Assembly: GCA_959026535.1 (NCBI GenBank)
Contig: CAUFMB010000005.1
Location: 348-64,347, forward strand
Direction: 5' to 3'
Length of the DNA stretch: 64,000 nt
Origin: an uncultured Collinsella sp.
GTDB taxonomy: Bacteria; Actinomycetota; Coriobacteriia; Coriobacteriales; Coriobacteriaceae
Shown here: in pieces, positions 47,630 through 58,699 of the stretch
Position numbering within the stretch: the stretch's first letter is position 1
Layout of the letters: each line of letters opens with the position of its first letter
Notes under the pieces: generated by a model
Database searches by the model: none
Told to the model about the DNA's origin: nothing
The model's input: only the letters and a program-made list of their open reading frames with translations
Made by a program: the position numbers and the translations under genes

Positions 47630-47662
47630 GGCACTCATTTAAGTCTGTCCCCAATGAGTGCC
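47630..47662 (+). other. Hairpin GGCACTCATT-taagtctgtcccc-AATGAGTGCC
   Basis: 10-bp stem. The loop ends in CTGTCCCC, a motif shared with several other intergenic hairpins in the window. Confidence 0.6.
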
Positions 47663-47705
47663 GTGAGTTCCAGCTCGGGTATCATAAAGGGGCAAAAATG
47701 GCTTG

Positions 47706-48545
47706 TTAGCCGATGGCCGACCTGAGCTCCGCACGGCGCTTTTTCATACCGGCCATAACGGCATTGCGCAGCTCGGGCATGCGCGCGGTATCCATCTGAG
47801 GTACGCCCTCAAGCTTATAGGGAATGCCCAGTTGCTCGTACTTGACGACACCCATCGTGTGATACGGCAGCATTTCCAGGCCCACCACGTTGTGCCATGG
47901 AGCGATGAGGCGACCGAGGTTCTCGCACTCCTCCACCGTGTCGGTAATGCCCGGCACCACCACGTGGCGGATAACGACCTTAATCTTGCGACGCGCAAGC
48001 TCATCACCAAACGCCAGAATGCGTGCGGGATCGCAACCGGTCAGCTTTTTATGCTCGACCGGGTCGGCATGCTTAATATCGAGCAGTACCATGTCGGTCT
48101 CGTTGAGCACGGCATCGAACTTCTCGGGGTGGTTGGGGTCAAATGCATAGCCACAGCTATCTAGGCAGGTATGTACACGGCCATCGGGGTTGTTGTGCAT
48201 TGCACGAAACAGGTCGGCCAAAAACTCGGGCTGCAGGAGCGGCTCGCCGCCGGATACCGTAATACCACCGCTGCGGTAAAACTCATGGTTGCTCTGGAAC
48301 TCGTCCATCAGGTGCTCGACGGTCACCATGGTGCCGCCGTTAACCGACCAGGTATCGGGGTTGTGGCAATACGCACAGCGCATGGGGCAGCCCTGAACAA
48401 ACACCACAAAGCGGATGCCGGGTCCATCGACCGTTCCCATCGTCTCAATCGAATGCACGCGGCCCAGGACAAACGCAGAGTCCTCAGGACGAGCGTCCAC
48501 ACCCTCGAGCGTCATCTCAGCCATTCCCGCTACCTTGCCTCTCAT
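47706..48545 (-). CDS. pflA: Pyruvate formate-lyase activating enzyme (radical SAM)
   Basis: GPGIRFVVFVQGCPMRCAYCHNPDTW. The exact start (M1, M8 or M11 of the track ORF) is uncertain. Confidence 0.9.
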   Translation of the reverse strand: MRGKVAGMAEMTLEGVDARPEDSAFVLGRVHSIETMGTVDGPGIRFVVFVQGCPMRCAYCHNPDTWSVNGGTMVTVEHLMDEFQSNHEFYRSGGITVSGGEPLLQPEFLADLFRAMHNNPDGRVHTCLDSCGYAFDPNHPEKFDAVLNETDMVLLDIKHADPVEHKKLTGCDPARILAFGDELARRKIKVVIRHVVVPGITDTVEECENLGRLIAPWHNVVGLEMLPYHTMGVVKYEQLGIPYKLEGVPQMDTARMPELRNAVMAGMKKRRAELRSAIG

Positions 48546-48710
48546 TGGTTTTAGCTACATAAATGCCAGAGTCATTCTAGCCCATATGCATGATGGCGAA
48601 ACGGTTTAGCGGTCAATTGGGTTGTTCTATTTGACCCCACGCAAGAGCGGCGGGTAGGTTGTCGCAACCCGCCCGCCGCCGAGGCAATAGAAATCGATAG
48701 ACGCCAGGCC

Positions 48711-49565
48711 TTACGCCTTGAGCGTGAGCACCGCGCCGAAGGCGGTCGGGCCGCAATGGCTCGAGATGACGCCGCCGACCTGAGTCCAGGTAATGTCCTT
48801 AAAGCCCAGGTCGTGCGCATAGACTTCCATGTCGTCGCGCAGCTCCTGGGAAAGGCCTACCGAATACGCCAGGCCAATGTGCGAGTAGTCAATCTCGCCC
48901 TTCGCAACCATGTGGTCAATAAAGGCGCGGGCGCACTTGAGCATAGAGCCGCGGAACTTCTTGGTTGCCACGAACTTGCCGCCCGTCACCTCAATGCAGG
49001 GCTTAATCTTGAGCAGGTGGGCGCCAAGGAATGCCACGTTGGACAGACGACCGCCCGCCTTAAGGAAGGCTAGGTCGGTAGGAACAAAGCCCAGCAGCAC
49101 ACGGTCCATGACGGAATTCGTAAATGCAAAGATTTCGTCGACGGTGGCATCGGGGTGGGCCTCGATGTATTTGGCGGTCTCGACGACGACGAGCGACTGG
49201 CCCACCGAGACAAAGCGCGTGTCCATGGAGAACACGTAGTCGCGGCCCTTAGCTGCAATCTTGGAGGACTGATGCGAGCAGGTCGTGGCCTCGGAGTACG
49301 CAAGATGCAGAATGGTCGCATCGGGCTGCTCGGCATGGATACGGTCGTACACGTGAGCAAAATCCGCAGGCGCGCAGCCACTGGTCTTGGGCATAACGCC
49401 AAACTCGTTGCAGCGCGAATAAATCTCGAGCGGATCGATCGAGCCGTCCTCGACGGTCTCGTCACCAATCGTGACATGCATAGGCACGCGCACGATACCG
49501 TAGCGTTCGCAGAGCTCCGGCGTCACATCCGAACCAGACTCAACCACGATTACGTACTTGCCCAT
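48711..49565 (-). CDS. DegV family fatty-acid-binding protein
   Basis: MGKYVIVVESGSDVTPEL...TSGCAP. Start set at MGKYVIV; the track ORF extends to 49676. Confidence 0.85.
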   Translation of the reverse strand: MGKYVIVVESGSDVTPELCERYGIVRVPMHVTIGDETVEDGSIDPLEIYSRCNEFGVMPKTSGCAPADFAHVYDRIHAEQPDATILHLAYSEATTCSHQSSKIAAKGRDYVFSMDTRFVSVGQSLVVVETAKYIEAHPDATVDEIFAFTNSVMDRVLLGFVPTDLAFLKAGGRLSNVAFLGAHLLKIKPCIEVTGGKFVATKKFRGSMLKCARAFIDHMVAKGEIDYSHIGLAYSVGLSQELRDDMEVYAHDLGFKDITWTQVGGVISSHCGPTAFGAVLTLKA

Positions 49566-49841
49566 TATCATCACGACCCATCTCAACATTGGCTTTTCAA
49601 CACATGGCACGCACCGCCGCACTGTTGCACAACGGCGTCCAAGCGCCAAAGAGACGCCGCCCCTTGCACACAACAAAGGACAGCGTCTCCCTGGAAAACT
49701 CCGTGCTTAACTGAGATTTTACACGGTTTATAAATGAGTGTTACTTATCCCGCAAACGGTAGCTATACGCGATAAACGGTAGTTCGCTGCGGCAACTGCG
49801 ACACATTCCGCCCAGCAAGTCCAATCGTGCTCCACGCACGG

Positions 49842-51284
49842 TTAATGCGCGAGGCGGTAGAAATCCATCGACGCCGCACCCTCGGCATGCAACCCCATCG
49901 CCGAAACCGCCGGCGAATAGGTACGGCTCGTAAGTGCCGCCTCGCCGCTGTTGGCAAAAATCTCGACCATCGTAGTGTCCGAAAGCACGCGCAGGTCGCG
50001 AAGCTCGCTGAGCTCGATCGACCTTTGGTCGCGCCCATAGCCTTCGTCACCCATGTCGAGGGTAAGCATCCCGTCCGCATAACGTACAAAGACACCCTTG
50101 CGGATTTCGAGCTCGACCATCTTGGCGCCCTCACAGGAAACCACAAGATCAAACAGGCGTCCCGGCTCCTCAACGGTTTCACCGCCTGTCGCGCGAACGC
50201 AGTCGCCGCGCATCCTCTCAATCTCGTGCGCCGGCTGCTGGCAGAGCTTACCATCGCGCATGCTCAGCTCTCGCGGCACCGTCAACGCGCACTGCCACCC
50301 GCGCGCCACCGTCGGGTTTTCTGCCGTCGCATCGGGGCAACCCGACCATCCGATCATCAAACGCCGGCCTGCAGCATCCTCAAAGGACTGCGGAGCATAG
50401 AAATCAAAACCGGCATCGACCATCGGGGGCATGCCCTGCCCGACGATTTTAAAGCTCGGCGCCTCCCAATCGGCCTCGATGGGGAACCACACGCACTGAT
50501 GCGGATTGCGGTAACGCCAACCATCGGCAGGCACACCCTGCGGACAGCAAACGAGAATAAGCTCGCCATCGAGCTCAAACAGATCGGGGCACTCCCACAT
50601 AAAGCCAAACTTCTCGCCCAACTCAATGCGCGTCGCATAGCTCCAGTCCTCAAGATTGCGCGAGGTATAGACAAGCACGCAGCCACGGTCGTCTTTCGTA
50701 CGAGCGCCCAGAACCATGTAGTAGATACCATCGTGCTCAAGGATCTTGGGGTCGCGCACGTGCGTACCGATATCGTCGGGGTAATTGACCGGTCCAACAG
50801 CTATGCACTTCTCGCCCAATTCGTCGGGATTCTCGGCAACCATATGAATCTGGTTTTGCTCACGGCCCGTCAACACGTAGTCGTAATCATCGCGGTCAAA
50901 ATGCTTGACGTTGCCGGTATAGAAGTAGTGAATCTTGCCATCGCGTACAAAGGCAGAACCAGAATACGCTCCGTTCGAATCCAAATCGGAATCGGGGAAC
51001 AGTGCAGGGCCGTGATTCTCGTACGTCACAAAATCCTTTGTCGTCAGATGGTTCCAAAGCACTGGACCGCCATGCGCAGCATCGAACGGATCGTATTGAT
51101 GATAGATGTGATACGTATCACCAATCTGAACCAAACCGTTGGGGTCGTTGAGCCAGCCAAGCTTAGGCTCCACATGGAACAGGAGCCTATCGGGGTCGGA
51201 CGCGATGCGACCCGCCGTCTCATCCTGTCCGGCACGCCACTGCTCATAGTCCGCGCGTGTCACCTTATTTTTTTGATTAAACAT
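49842..51284 (-). CDS. scrB: Sucrose-6-phosphate hydrolase (GH32)
   Basis: GWLNDPNGL, RDP, MWECPDLF motifs. Confidence 0.85.
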   Translation of the reverse strand: MFNQKNKVTRADYEQWRAGQDETAGRIASDPDRLLFHVEPKLGWLNDPNGLVQIGDTYHIYHQYDPFDAAHGGPVLWNHLTTKDFVTYENHGPALFPDSDLDSNGAYSGSAFVRDGKIHYFYTGNVKHFDRDDYDYVLTGREQNQIHMVAENPDELGEKCIAVGPVNYPDDIGTHVRDPKILEHDGIYYMVLGARTKDDRGCVLVYTSRNLEDWSYATRIELGEKFGFMWECPDLFELDGELILVCCPQGVPADGWRYRNPHQCVWFPIEADWEAPSFKIVGQGMPPMVDAGFDFYAPQSFEDAAGRRLMIGWSGCPDATAENPTVARGWQCALTVPRELSMRDGKLCQQPAHEIERMRGDCVRATGGETVEEPGRLFDLVVSCEGAKMVELEIRKGVFVRYADGMLTLDMGDEGYGRDQRSIELSELRDLRVLSDTTMVEIFANSGEAALTSRTYSPAVSAMGLHAEGAASMDFYRLAH

Positions 51285-51385
51285 CGCCGTTGACTTTCTC
51301 GTCTATGGGGAAGGACGCTCGACTCACACGAGTCGAACGCCCTTCCTCAAATGGACTTATCCTCAGATTACACTGAACGGCTCAA

Positions 51386-52837
51386 CTAGAAGCTAACGTC
51401 GAAGCCAGCGCCAGCGCCCTCTTCATCGGTGGTCGGCACGCCCTTTGCCTTGTTGTAGGCAAAGATCAAGACGATCGGCACGATAAAGGCGATGAGATTG
51501 CCAGCCACATACCACACGAGGGTCTCGGGCGTGACGATGAGCAGGCCAAGCACGCCGGTCAGACCCTGACCGATAGCGCGCACCTCAAAGAGCTTGACGA
51601 AGGCACCGCCGCAGCCTGCACCGATGCATGCGCAGATGAACGGAATGATCGAATAGCGCATGTTTGCAGCAAAGATAGCGGGCTCGGAGATTCCGACCAG
51701 CGTCGGGATAAAGGACGACATGCAGATGTTGCGCTCTTTGGAGTGCTTCTTGTGAATGAGGTACATACCGATGGCGCCGCCGCCCTGGGCGATGATGGAA
51801 ACCGACCAGATGGCCTGGATGTAGTTGAAGCCAGTCGTGGCAACAAGGTTTGCCTCGATACCCTGGATGAACTGATGCGTACCGGTAACGACGAGCGGCT
51901 GCAGGAACGCGGCGAAGACAAAGGCACCAAAGACGCCCATCCTGTTGTACAGGATATCGATTACGCCGGCGAGGACGTCACCGATCAGGTTACCGAGCGG
52001 GCCGAACACGGTGAACAGGGCGACGTTAGCAAGAATCAGGGTAACGGTCGGGACAAAGACGAACGAAACGACCTCGGGGATGTACTTCTGGGCAATCTTT
52101 TCGACCTTGGCCATAAACCAGGCGGTCAGAATTGCAGGGAACACGCCGCCCTGGAAAGCAACCATGGGAATGGAGAGCGGACCAAAGTTCCAGTACTCAG
52201 CACCCGTCGGGTCCATAACGAACGTGTTGCGGTTCATAAGGCTCGGGTGAACCATGACGATACCGACGAGGATGCCCAGGATCGGGTTACCGCCAAAACG
52301 CTTGACTGCGCTGTACATAACCAGGACAGGCAGGTAGTCGAACGTGGTGGCGATAATGGCAAAGAAGCTTGCGAGGTTCTTGAGGAACTCGCTGTGATCG
52401 GCGAGGCTGCCCTCCATGCCAAAGAGGCCGTTGGCAACGATCAACGACTTAAGGCCGATGATGATTGCAGCGCCGACGAAGGCGGGAATGATGGGGATAA
52501 AGATGTCCGAGAATACCTTGAGGACCGAGAAGAACTTGCCCTTCTTGTCCGCCTCGGCGCCCTTGACCTCGGAAGCACTGATCTCCTTAACGCCCGTCAG
52601 AGCCATAAACTCATCGTAAACCTTGTTGACGGTACCGGTACCGAAGATGATCATGAGCTGGCCGCTGTTGTACAGCACGCCCTTGACGCCATCGATGTTC
52701 TCGAGCTCGGCCTTGTTGTATTTGCTCGTATCCTTGAGCACCAGACGCAGACGGGTCACGCAATGCGTGGCGCCCTCGATGTTCTCCAGTCCGCCGACGT
52801 TGTCGACGACTTGCTGGGACACTGCCTTGTAGTCCAT
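51386..52837 (-). CDS. scrA: PTS sucrose-type transporter subunit IIBC
   Basis: IIB Cys region ATHCVTRLRLVLKD followed by a polytopic IIC domain. No IIA domain. Start set at MDYKAVSQ. Confidence 0.85.
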   Translation of the reverse strand: MDYKAVSQQVVDNVGGLENIEGATHCVTRLRLVLKDTSKYNKAELENIDGVKGVLYNSGQLMIIFGTGTVNKVYDEFMALTGVKEISASEVKGAEADKKGKFFSVLKVFSDIFIPIIPAFVGAAIIIGLKSLIVANGLFGMEGSLADHSEFLKNLASFFAIIATTFDYLPVLVMYSAVKRFGGNPILGILVGIVMVHPSLMNRNTFVMDPTGAEYWNFGPLSIPMVAFQGGVFPAILTAWFMAKVEKIAQKYIPEVVSFVFVPTVTLILANVALFTVFGPLGNLIGDVLAGVIDILYNRMGVFGAFVFAAFLQPLVVTGTHQFIQGIEANLVATTGFNYIQAIWSVSIIAQGGGAIGMYLIHKKHSKERNICMSSFIPTLVGISEPAIFAANMRYSIIPFICACIGAGCGGAFVKLFEVRAIGQGLTGVLGLLIVTPETLVWYVAGNLIAFIVPIVLIFAYNKAKGVPTTDEEGAGAGFDVSF

Positions 52838-52882
52838 GTTCCTCTCCATTCCTTTTCTAAATCATAAAACGGTTCGTTGCCG

Positions 52883-54265
52883 CTACAGAGACGCGATCGT
52901 TGCGTTTGCGCACTTGAGCGCACCGTCGGTGACGGTAAGCGCCACACCCTGGCCCTGCTTGTTGCAGAAGCGAGCGTTGAGCGCAACATCATCGACAAAG
53001 ATGGTCGCGATGTCGTCGTCGACGACCAGACGCACATGGTGAGTGCCCTCGCCCTTAAAGAACAACGGACGCTCGAGGCCCATGTTGTTGACCTGGAACC
53101 ACGGGTACTGGGGAGCCGGCGTGAACTCGAGCTTGCCCTCGCGCAGGTTGGCGCGGAACTCATAGGCAAGACCGGTCTCGGCGTCCTCAGCGAACTTGAC
53201 CGAGAAGCCGGCAGCGTTACCGCCGAGCTCAATGTCGGCATCGAGCAAGTAGGTGGAGCCGGCATCCGCGGCGAGCACCTGCTCGACCTTGCCCGACTCG
53301 CAGGAAAGCTCAAAGGTCTCGACAGCCTTGCCCTCGCCAAAGGCGCCAAGCATGCTGTCGGGGAGCTTGGTGCCGAGCGTTCCGTCGGCACGCTGAACGA
53401 TCTCGAGGGGCATAAAGGTGCCACCCCATAGGTAAGAGCTGGGGTCGCCGCCCTCGTCACGCGTAGGAACCCAACCAAAGAGAACGCGACGCTCGCCATC
53501 GAATGCGGTGCGAGCGGCGTAGTACGCGCGGCCGTCGAAGGAGTCGTCAGCGGGGGTAATCCAAGGACCGTTGATGGACTTGGACATGCGGTAACGGGTC
53601 TTGTTGCCGTCGCTGTACTCGGAAAAGACGAGGTACCACCAGTCGCCCATCTTAAAGAGATCAGGCATCTCAAACATGGTGTACAGGCCCGGGTTCCACC
53701 AGTCGCCCTGGAACTCCCAGTTGGTCAGATCCTTGGAGGTGAACTTGACCAGGCGGCCGGTCATCAGACGCTTGTCCTCGCCCACACGCGTGCCGAGGAT
53801 GAGCATGTACTCCTCGTTCTCCTCATCCCAAAGCACAAAGGGATCGCGCCAGTTGCGGTCATCGTAACCCTCCTGGGGCGGAAGCAGCGTCTCGGCGATG
53901 TTCTTCTCCCACTTGACGGCGTCGTCGCTCGTTGCGTGAAGAAGAACCTGCTTCATCAAACGTGCGCGGACCTTATCGCGATTGCAACCAGTGTAGAGCG
54001 CATGGTACTTGTCGCCCACCTTAAACACCGTGCCGGCATAAATGTACTGGTCGACTTCCTCGTCGCCGCCGCGCTCAAGGCTCTCGCCAAAGTCCTTGTA
54101 GTTGACGAAATCCTTGGTCGTAGCGAGTGCCCAGCCAAACGGCTCTCCGAAAGGTTCGGGGTTACGCGTGTCACGCTGATGATAGAGATAGAACGTGCCG
54201 TCCTCGCCGTACGGCATGATGTCGCCTACCCAAATTCCCTCAGGCTGGTAATACACCTTGTGCAT
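52883..54265 (-). CDS. Second GH32 family beta-fructofuranosidase
   Basis: WVGDIMPYGEDGTFYLYHQ, WRDPFV, MFEMPDLF. Start set at MHKVYYQ (GGAAAGGAAG RBS). Confidence 0.8.
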   Translation of the reverse strand: MHKVYYQPEGIWVGDIMPYGEDGTFYLYHQRDTRNPEPFGEPFGWALATTKDFVNYKDFGESLERGGDEEVDQYIYAGTVFKVGDKYHALYTGCNRDKVRARLMKQVLLHATSDDAVKWEKNIAETLLPPQEGYDDRNWRDPFVLWDEENEEYMLILGTRVGEDKRLMTGRLVKFTSKDLTNWEFQGDWWNPGLYTMFEMPDLFKMGDWWYLVFSEYSDGNKTRYRMSKSINGPWITPADDSFDGRAYYAARTAFDGERRVLFGWVPTRDEGGDPSSYLWGGTFMPLEIVQRADGTLGTKLPDSMLGAFGEGKAVETFELSCESGKVEQVLAADAGSTYLLDADIELGGNAAGFSVKFAEDAETGLAYEFRANLREGKLEFTPAPQYPWFQVNNMGLERPLFFKGEGTHHVRLVVDDDIATIFVDDVALNARFCNKQGQGVALTVTDGALKCANATIASL

Positions 54266-54310
54266 CCGAGACTTCCTTTCCACGACATACTAACTCGGTA
54301 CAATGGCAAG

Positions 54311-54395
54311 ATATGTCAATCGTTTTCATATGTCAAACGTTTTCACACCAATACGTCTTTTCGCAGTTCCAGTCGTCGGCAAACGGTTGACATAT
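54311..54395. promoter_or_regulatory. Three copies of an operator-like motif ATATGTCAA(N)CGTTT (two direct, one inverted) upstream of the sucrose operon
   Basis: ATATGTCAATCGTTTTC (54311-54327), ATATGTCAAACGTTTTC (54328-54344), AAACGGTTGACATAT (54381-54395). They contain the CG-centred AAACGTTT palindrome typical of LacI-family sites. Confidence 0.45.
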
Positions 54396-54448
54396 GCCGG
54401 TGAACGGTCATCAGAGGCGTTTGAGGAATTCTTTTGGCACGGGATGAA

Positions 54449-55459
54449 CTACGCGGTTTTGCCCTCAATAAGTTCAACGGGAAGCTTGATATTCGATTCG
54501 GGATTATCGCCGTTAATAAGAGCGATGATGGATTGCGCCGCGAGCTCTCCGATGCGATCGATATCTTGACGTACGGTTGTTAAGTCAGGCATAAACGTCA
54601 TAGTTCGGCGGGCACCATCCGCGCCCACGACCTTAATATCGTCTGGAGCGCTCAAGCCGCGCTGCTTCATCACGTTGAGACAGATGGCCGCCATCGTATC
54701 GTCTCCCGCAAAGATGCCGTCAATATCGGGGTTCTCATCGAGGATCTTCGCAACGACCGCGCCCTTTTCGTCGTCGGGCTTAACGAACTCAACCTCACGG
54801 ACAAGCGCGGACAAACCGGCCTGCTCAACAACATCGAGGTAGGCATCGGTACGCTTATTGGCAGGCATGCGCATGCGGCTATTGCTGCGCAGGCACAGGA
54901 TACGCCTGCAGCCGTCATCAATCAGACGGCGCGTGGCGAGCTCGCCAATGCCATAGCTGTCACTTGCAATCTGGACAGAGCCCTCGCCAAGATCGCAGTC
55001 GATGCCAACCAGGCTCAAGCCCATCTCGGCATATGCCTCGGCACCGATATTGAGGGAGTTGACGATGACGCCGTCGACCATATTGCGGCGGAGCATGTCA
55101 ATATAGGAACGCTCAAGATCGGGTCGATTGGCGCTGTTGCACAGCAACATCTTAAAGCCGTTTTCCGCTAACGTGCGCTCGACCGCCTGCACAACCTGAG
55201 CATGGAACGGGCTGCTCACAAAGGGAACGATCATACCGATAAGATTCAGGCGACCGTTGAGCATGGCACGGGCGATATCGTTGGGCGTATAGTTGATGCG
55301 CTCCATCGCGGCATGGACCTTATCGCGGGTCTCTTGGCTAATATAGCCGCGATTATTAAGCACGCGAGATACCGTAGTAGGCGAAACCCCCGCCACCGCC
55401 GCAACTTCCTTGATGCCAGGCTTAGCCGTATCCTTAGAACGAGCACTCTCGCGAGCCAT
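54449..55459 (-). CDS. scrR: LacI family transcriptional regulator (sucrose regulon)
   Basis: HTH IKEVAAVAGVSPTTVSRVLNNRGYISQETRDKV. Start set at MARESARS. Confidence 0.85.
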   Translation of the reverse strand: MARESARSKDTAKPGIKEVAAVAGVSPTTVSRVLNNRGYISQETRDKVHAAMERINYTPNDIARAMLNGRLNLIGMIVPFVSSPFHAQVVQAVERTLAENGFKMLLCNSANRPDLERSYIDMLRRNMVDGVIVNSLNIGAEAYAEMGLSLVGIDCDLGEGSVQIASDSYGIGELATRRLIDDGCRRILCLRSNSRMRMPANKRTDAYLDVVEQAGLSALVREVEFVKPDDEKGAVVAKILDENPDIDGIFAGDDTMAAICLNVMKQRGLSAPDDIKVVGADGARRTMTFMPDLTTVRQDIDRIGELAAQSIIALINGDNPESNIKLPVELIEGKTA

Positions 55460-55612
55460 AGCACCCTCCCCCATCAACATGTCATACGTTTACATACGAA
55501 CAAAGCATACCCCAACAACAGCGGGAAGACGGTAACAGCACAAGTAAGTAAACGACTCATCCAAATAATTAGGAGAGTTCCGCCTAAAGGGTGACTCCAA
55601 AGGACCCCACAT

Positions 55613-55735
55613 GGCCGGTTTTGGGTTATTTCCCAAAACATCCCGCAGGACGCAAAGAGGCTCCGCCGCGCAACGCGCGCAGCGGAGCCTCTTTGCATGT
55701 CCGAGGACGTTTTGGGAAATAACCCAAAACCGGCC
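55613..55735 (+). repeat. Long-hairpin repeat, copy B
   Basis: Outer stem GGCCGGTTTTGGGTTATTTCCCAAAAC / GTTTTGGGAAATAACCCAAAACCGGCC. Loop halves ATCCCGCAGGACGC and CATGTCCGAGGAC. Inner stem AAAGAGGCTCCGC/GCGGAGCCTCTTT. Ends 27 nt from the stop of the glycyl-radical-domain gene. Confidence 0.85.
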
Positions 55736-55762
55736 CCAGTAATCCTACAGGAGTTGAACCCT

Positions 55763-56014
55763 TTAGAACTTGTCGTGGAAGGTACGCGCAATGACCTCGT
55801 CCTGCTGCTCCTTGGTGAGCGTGTGGAAGTTCACGGCATAGCCGGAAACGCGGATGGTCAGCTGCGGGTACTTCTCGGGGTGAGCCTGAGCGTCGAGCAA
55901 CGTCTCACGGTTGAAGACGTTGATGTTCAGGTGGTGGCCACCCTTCTCGGCGTAAGCGTCGAGCATGTGGACCAGGTTATCGGCCTGAGTCTCGGAAACT
56001 TCAGAAACCTTCAT
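55763..56014 (-). CDS. Stand-alone glycyl-radical domain protein (83 aa, GrcA/YfiD-like; corresponds to the missing C-terminus of the adjacent PFL)
   Basis: [90 protein letters not shown] glycyl-radical fingerprint. GAAGGAGA RBS 7 nt upstream of the ATG at 56014. Confidence 0.85.
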   Translation of the reverse strand: MKVSEVSETQADNLVHMLDAYAEKGGHHLNINVFNRETLLDAQAHPEKYPQLTIRVSGYAVNFHTLTKEQQDEVIARTFHDKF

Positions 56015-56037
56015 AATGTGTCTCCTTCGATCGATAG

Positions 56038-56098
56038 GCGCCGGCCGAAACCGGCGCACTAATCAGTAATCGTTATTGTTAGTATAGCACTAACAATA
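56038..56098 (-). other. Two hairpins in the spacer between the pfl body and the glycyl-radical-domain gene
   Basis: Minus strand: TATTGTTAGT-gctat-ACTAACAATA (56074-56098, starts 1 nt after the pflB stop) and GCGCCGG-tttcgg-CCGGCGC (56038-56057). Much more A/T-rich than the flanks. Confidence 0.7.
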
Positions 56099-56099
56099 G

Positions 56100-58151
<2,052 letters not shown>

Positions 58152-58603
58152 TGTGTAACCACGCTCCTAGTTACGTGTAATGCGGCGCTCTCTCACACCG
58201 CTGCTTATTGAATTCTTGAATGTTCGGCTTGCATTACCGGCTTCTTCCGTTCTTCACCACACGTTGGTGCAGGAAAAACGTTTGTCCACCTTGGAACTAC
58301 AACCCAAAACCCAAGATTTCACCCGTTTGAGAAGGATAACATAGCGACCCTCTCCATCTGGGCTGTTATATGTTTCTTTTTTTATATCATAAGGGCGTTT
58401 TTTACAAAGCCGCAGGAAATGAGAGCGTGAACAACTACCGTTCACCGATTTGTTTGGTTTTTTCCTTGCCTTTGTACGACGTTCACCCTAGCTGTTATGC
58501 CAGCTTTATCAGGGTAAAGTGCCTCTGAGTAGGCTTTGGAACATGCCTAGCGATCTGCCCCTAACTTTGCTGGCACCGACGGTGTACGGAGGTCGCCTAA
58601 AGG

Positions 58604-58686
58604 TAGTTTTCTAGACATGTCCCAAAATCTACCGCATAGGGCACGCGTGCAAGGGTATCATCTTTCACCGAAAATAGTTTCTAGTG
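58604..58686. promoter_or_regulatory. Direct repeat TAGTTT(T)CTAG upstream of marR (candidate MarR operator/promoter region)
   Basis: TAGTTTTCTAGA (58604-58615) and TAGTTTCTAGTG (58675-58686). The second lies about 15 nt before the GTG start. Confidence 0.3.
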
Positions 58687-58699
58687 TTAGGGGTTTTCG

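Noticed and set aside
8330-49676. N-terminal extensions of several track ORFs (HAD 9188-9268, amt 13175-13231, HD 14930-15001, GGDEF protein 23878-24108, M18 29855-29965, asd 40289-40375, thrC 41910-41954, engB 45393-45521, DegV 49566-49676, and others)
   Set aside because: The extensions lack homology, are Arg/Cys/Pro-rich and often start at TTG or GTG. Internal ATG or GTG codons with AGGAGG-like RBS coincide with where family homology begins.
58254-58445. 63-aa ORF (minus) in the pflB upstream region
   Set aside because: It is A/T-rich and Lys/Cys-rich with no RBS. It overlaps the likely pfl promoter and the CCGCAGG-core repeat relic, so it is probably non-coding.
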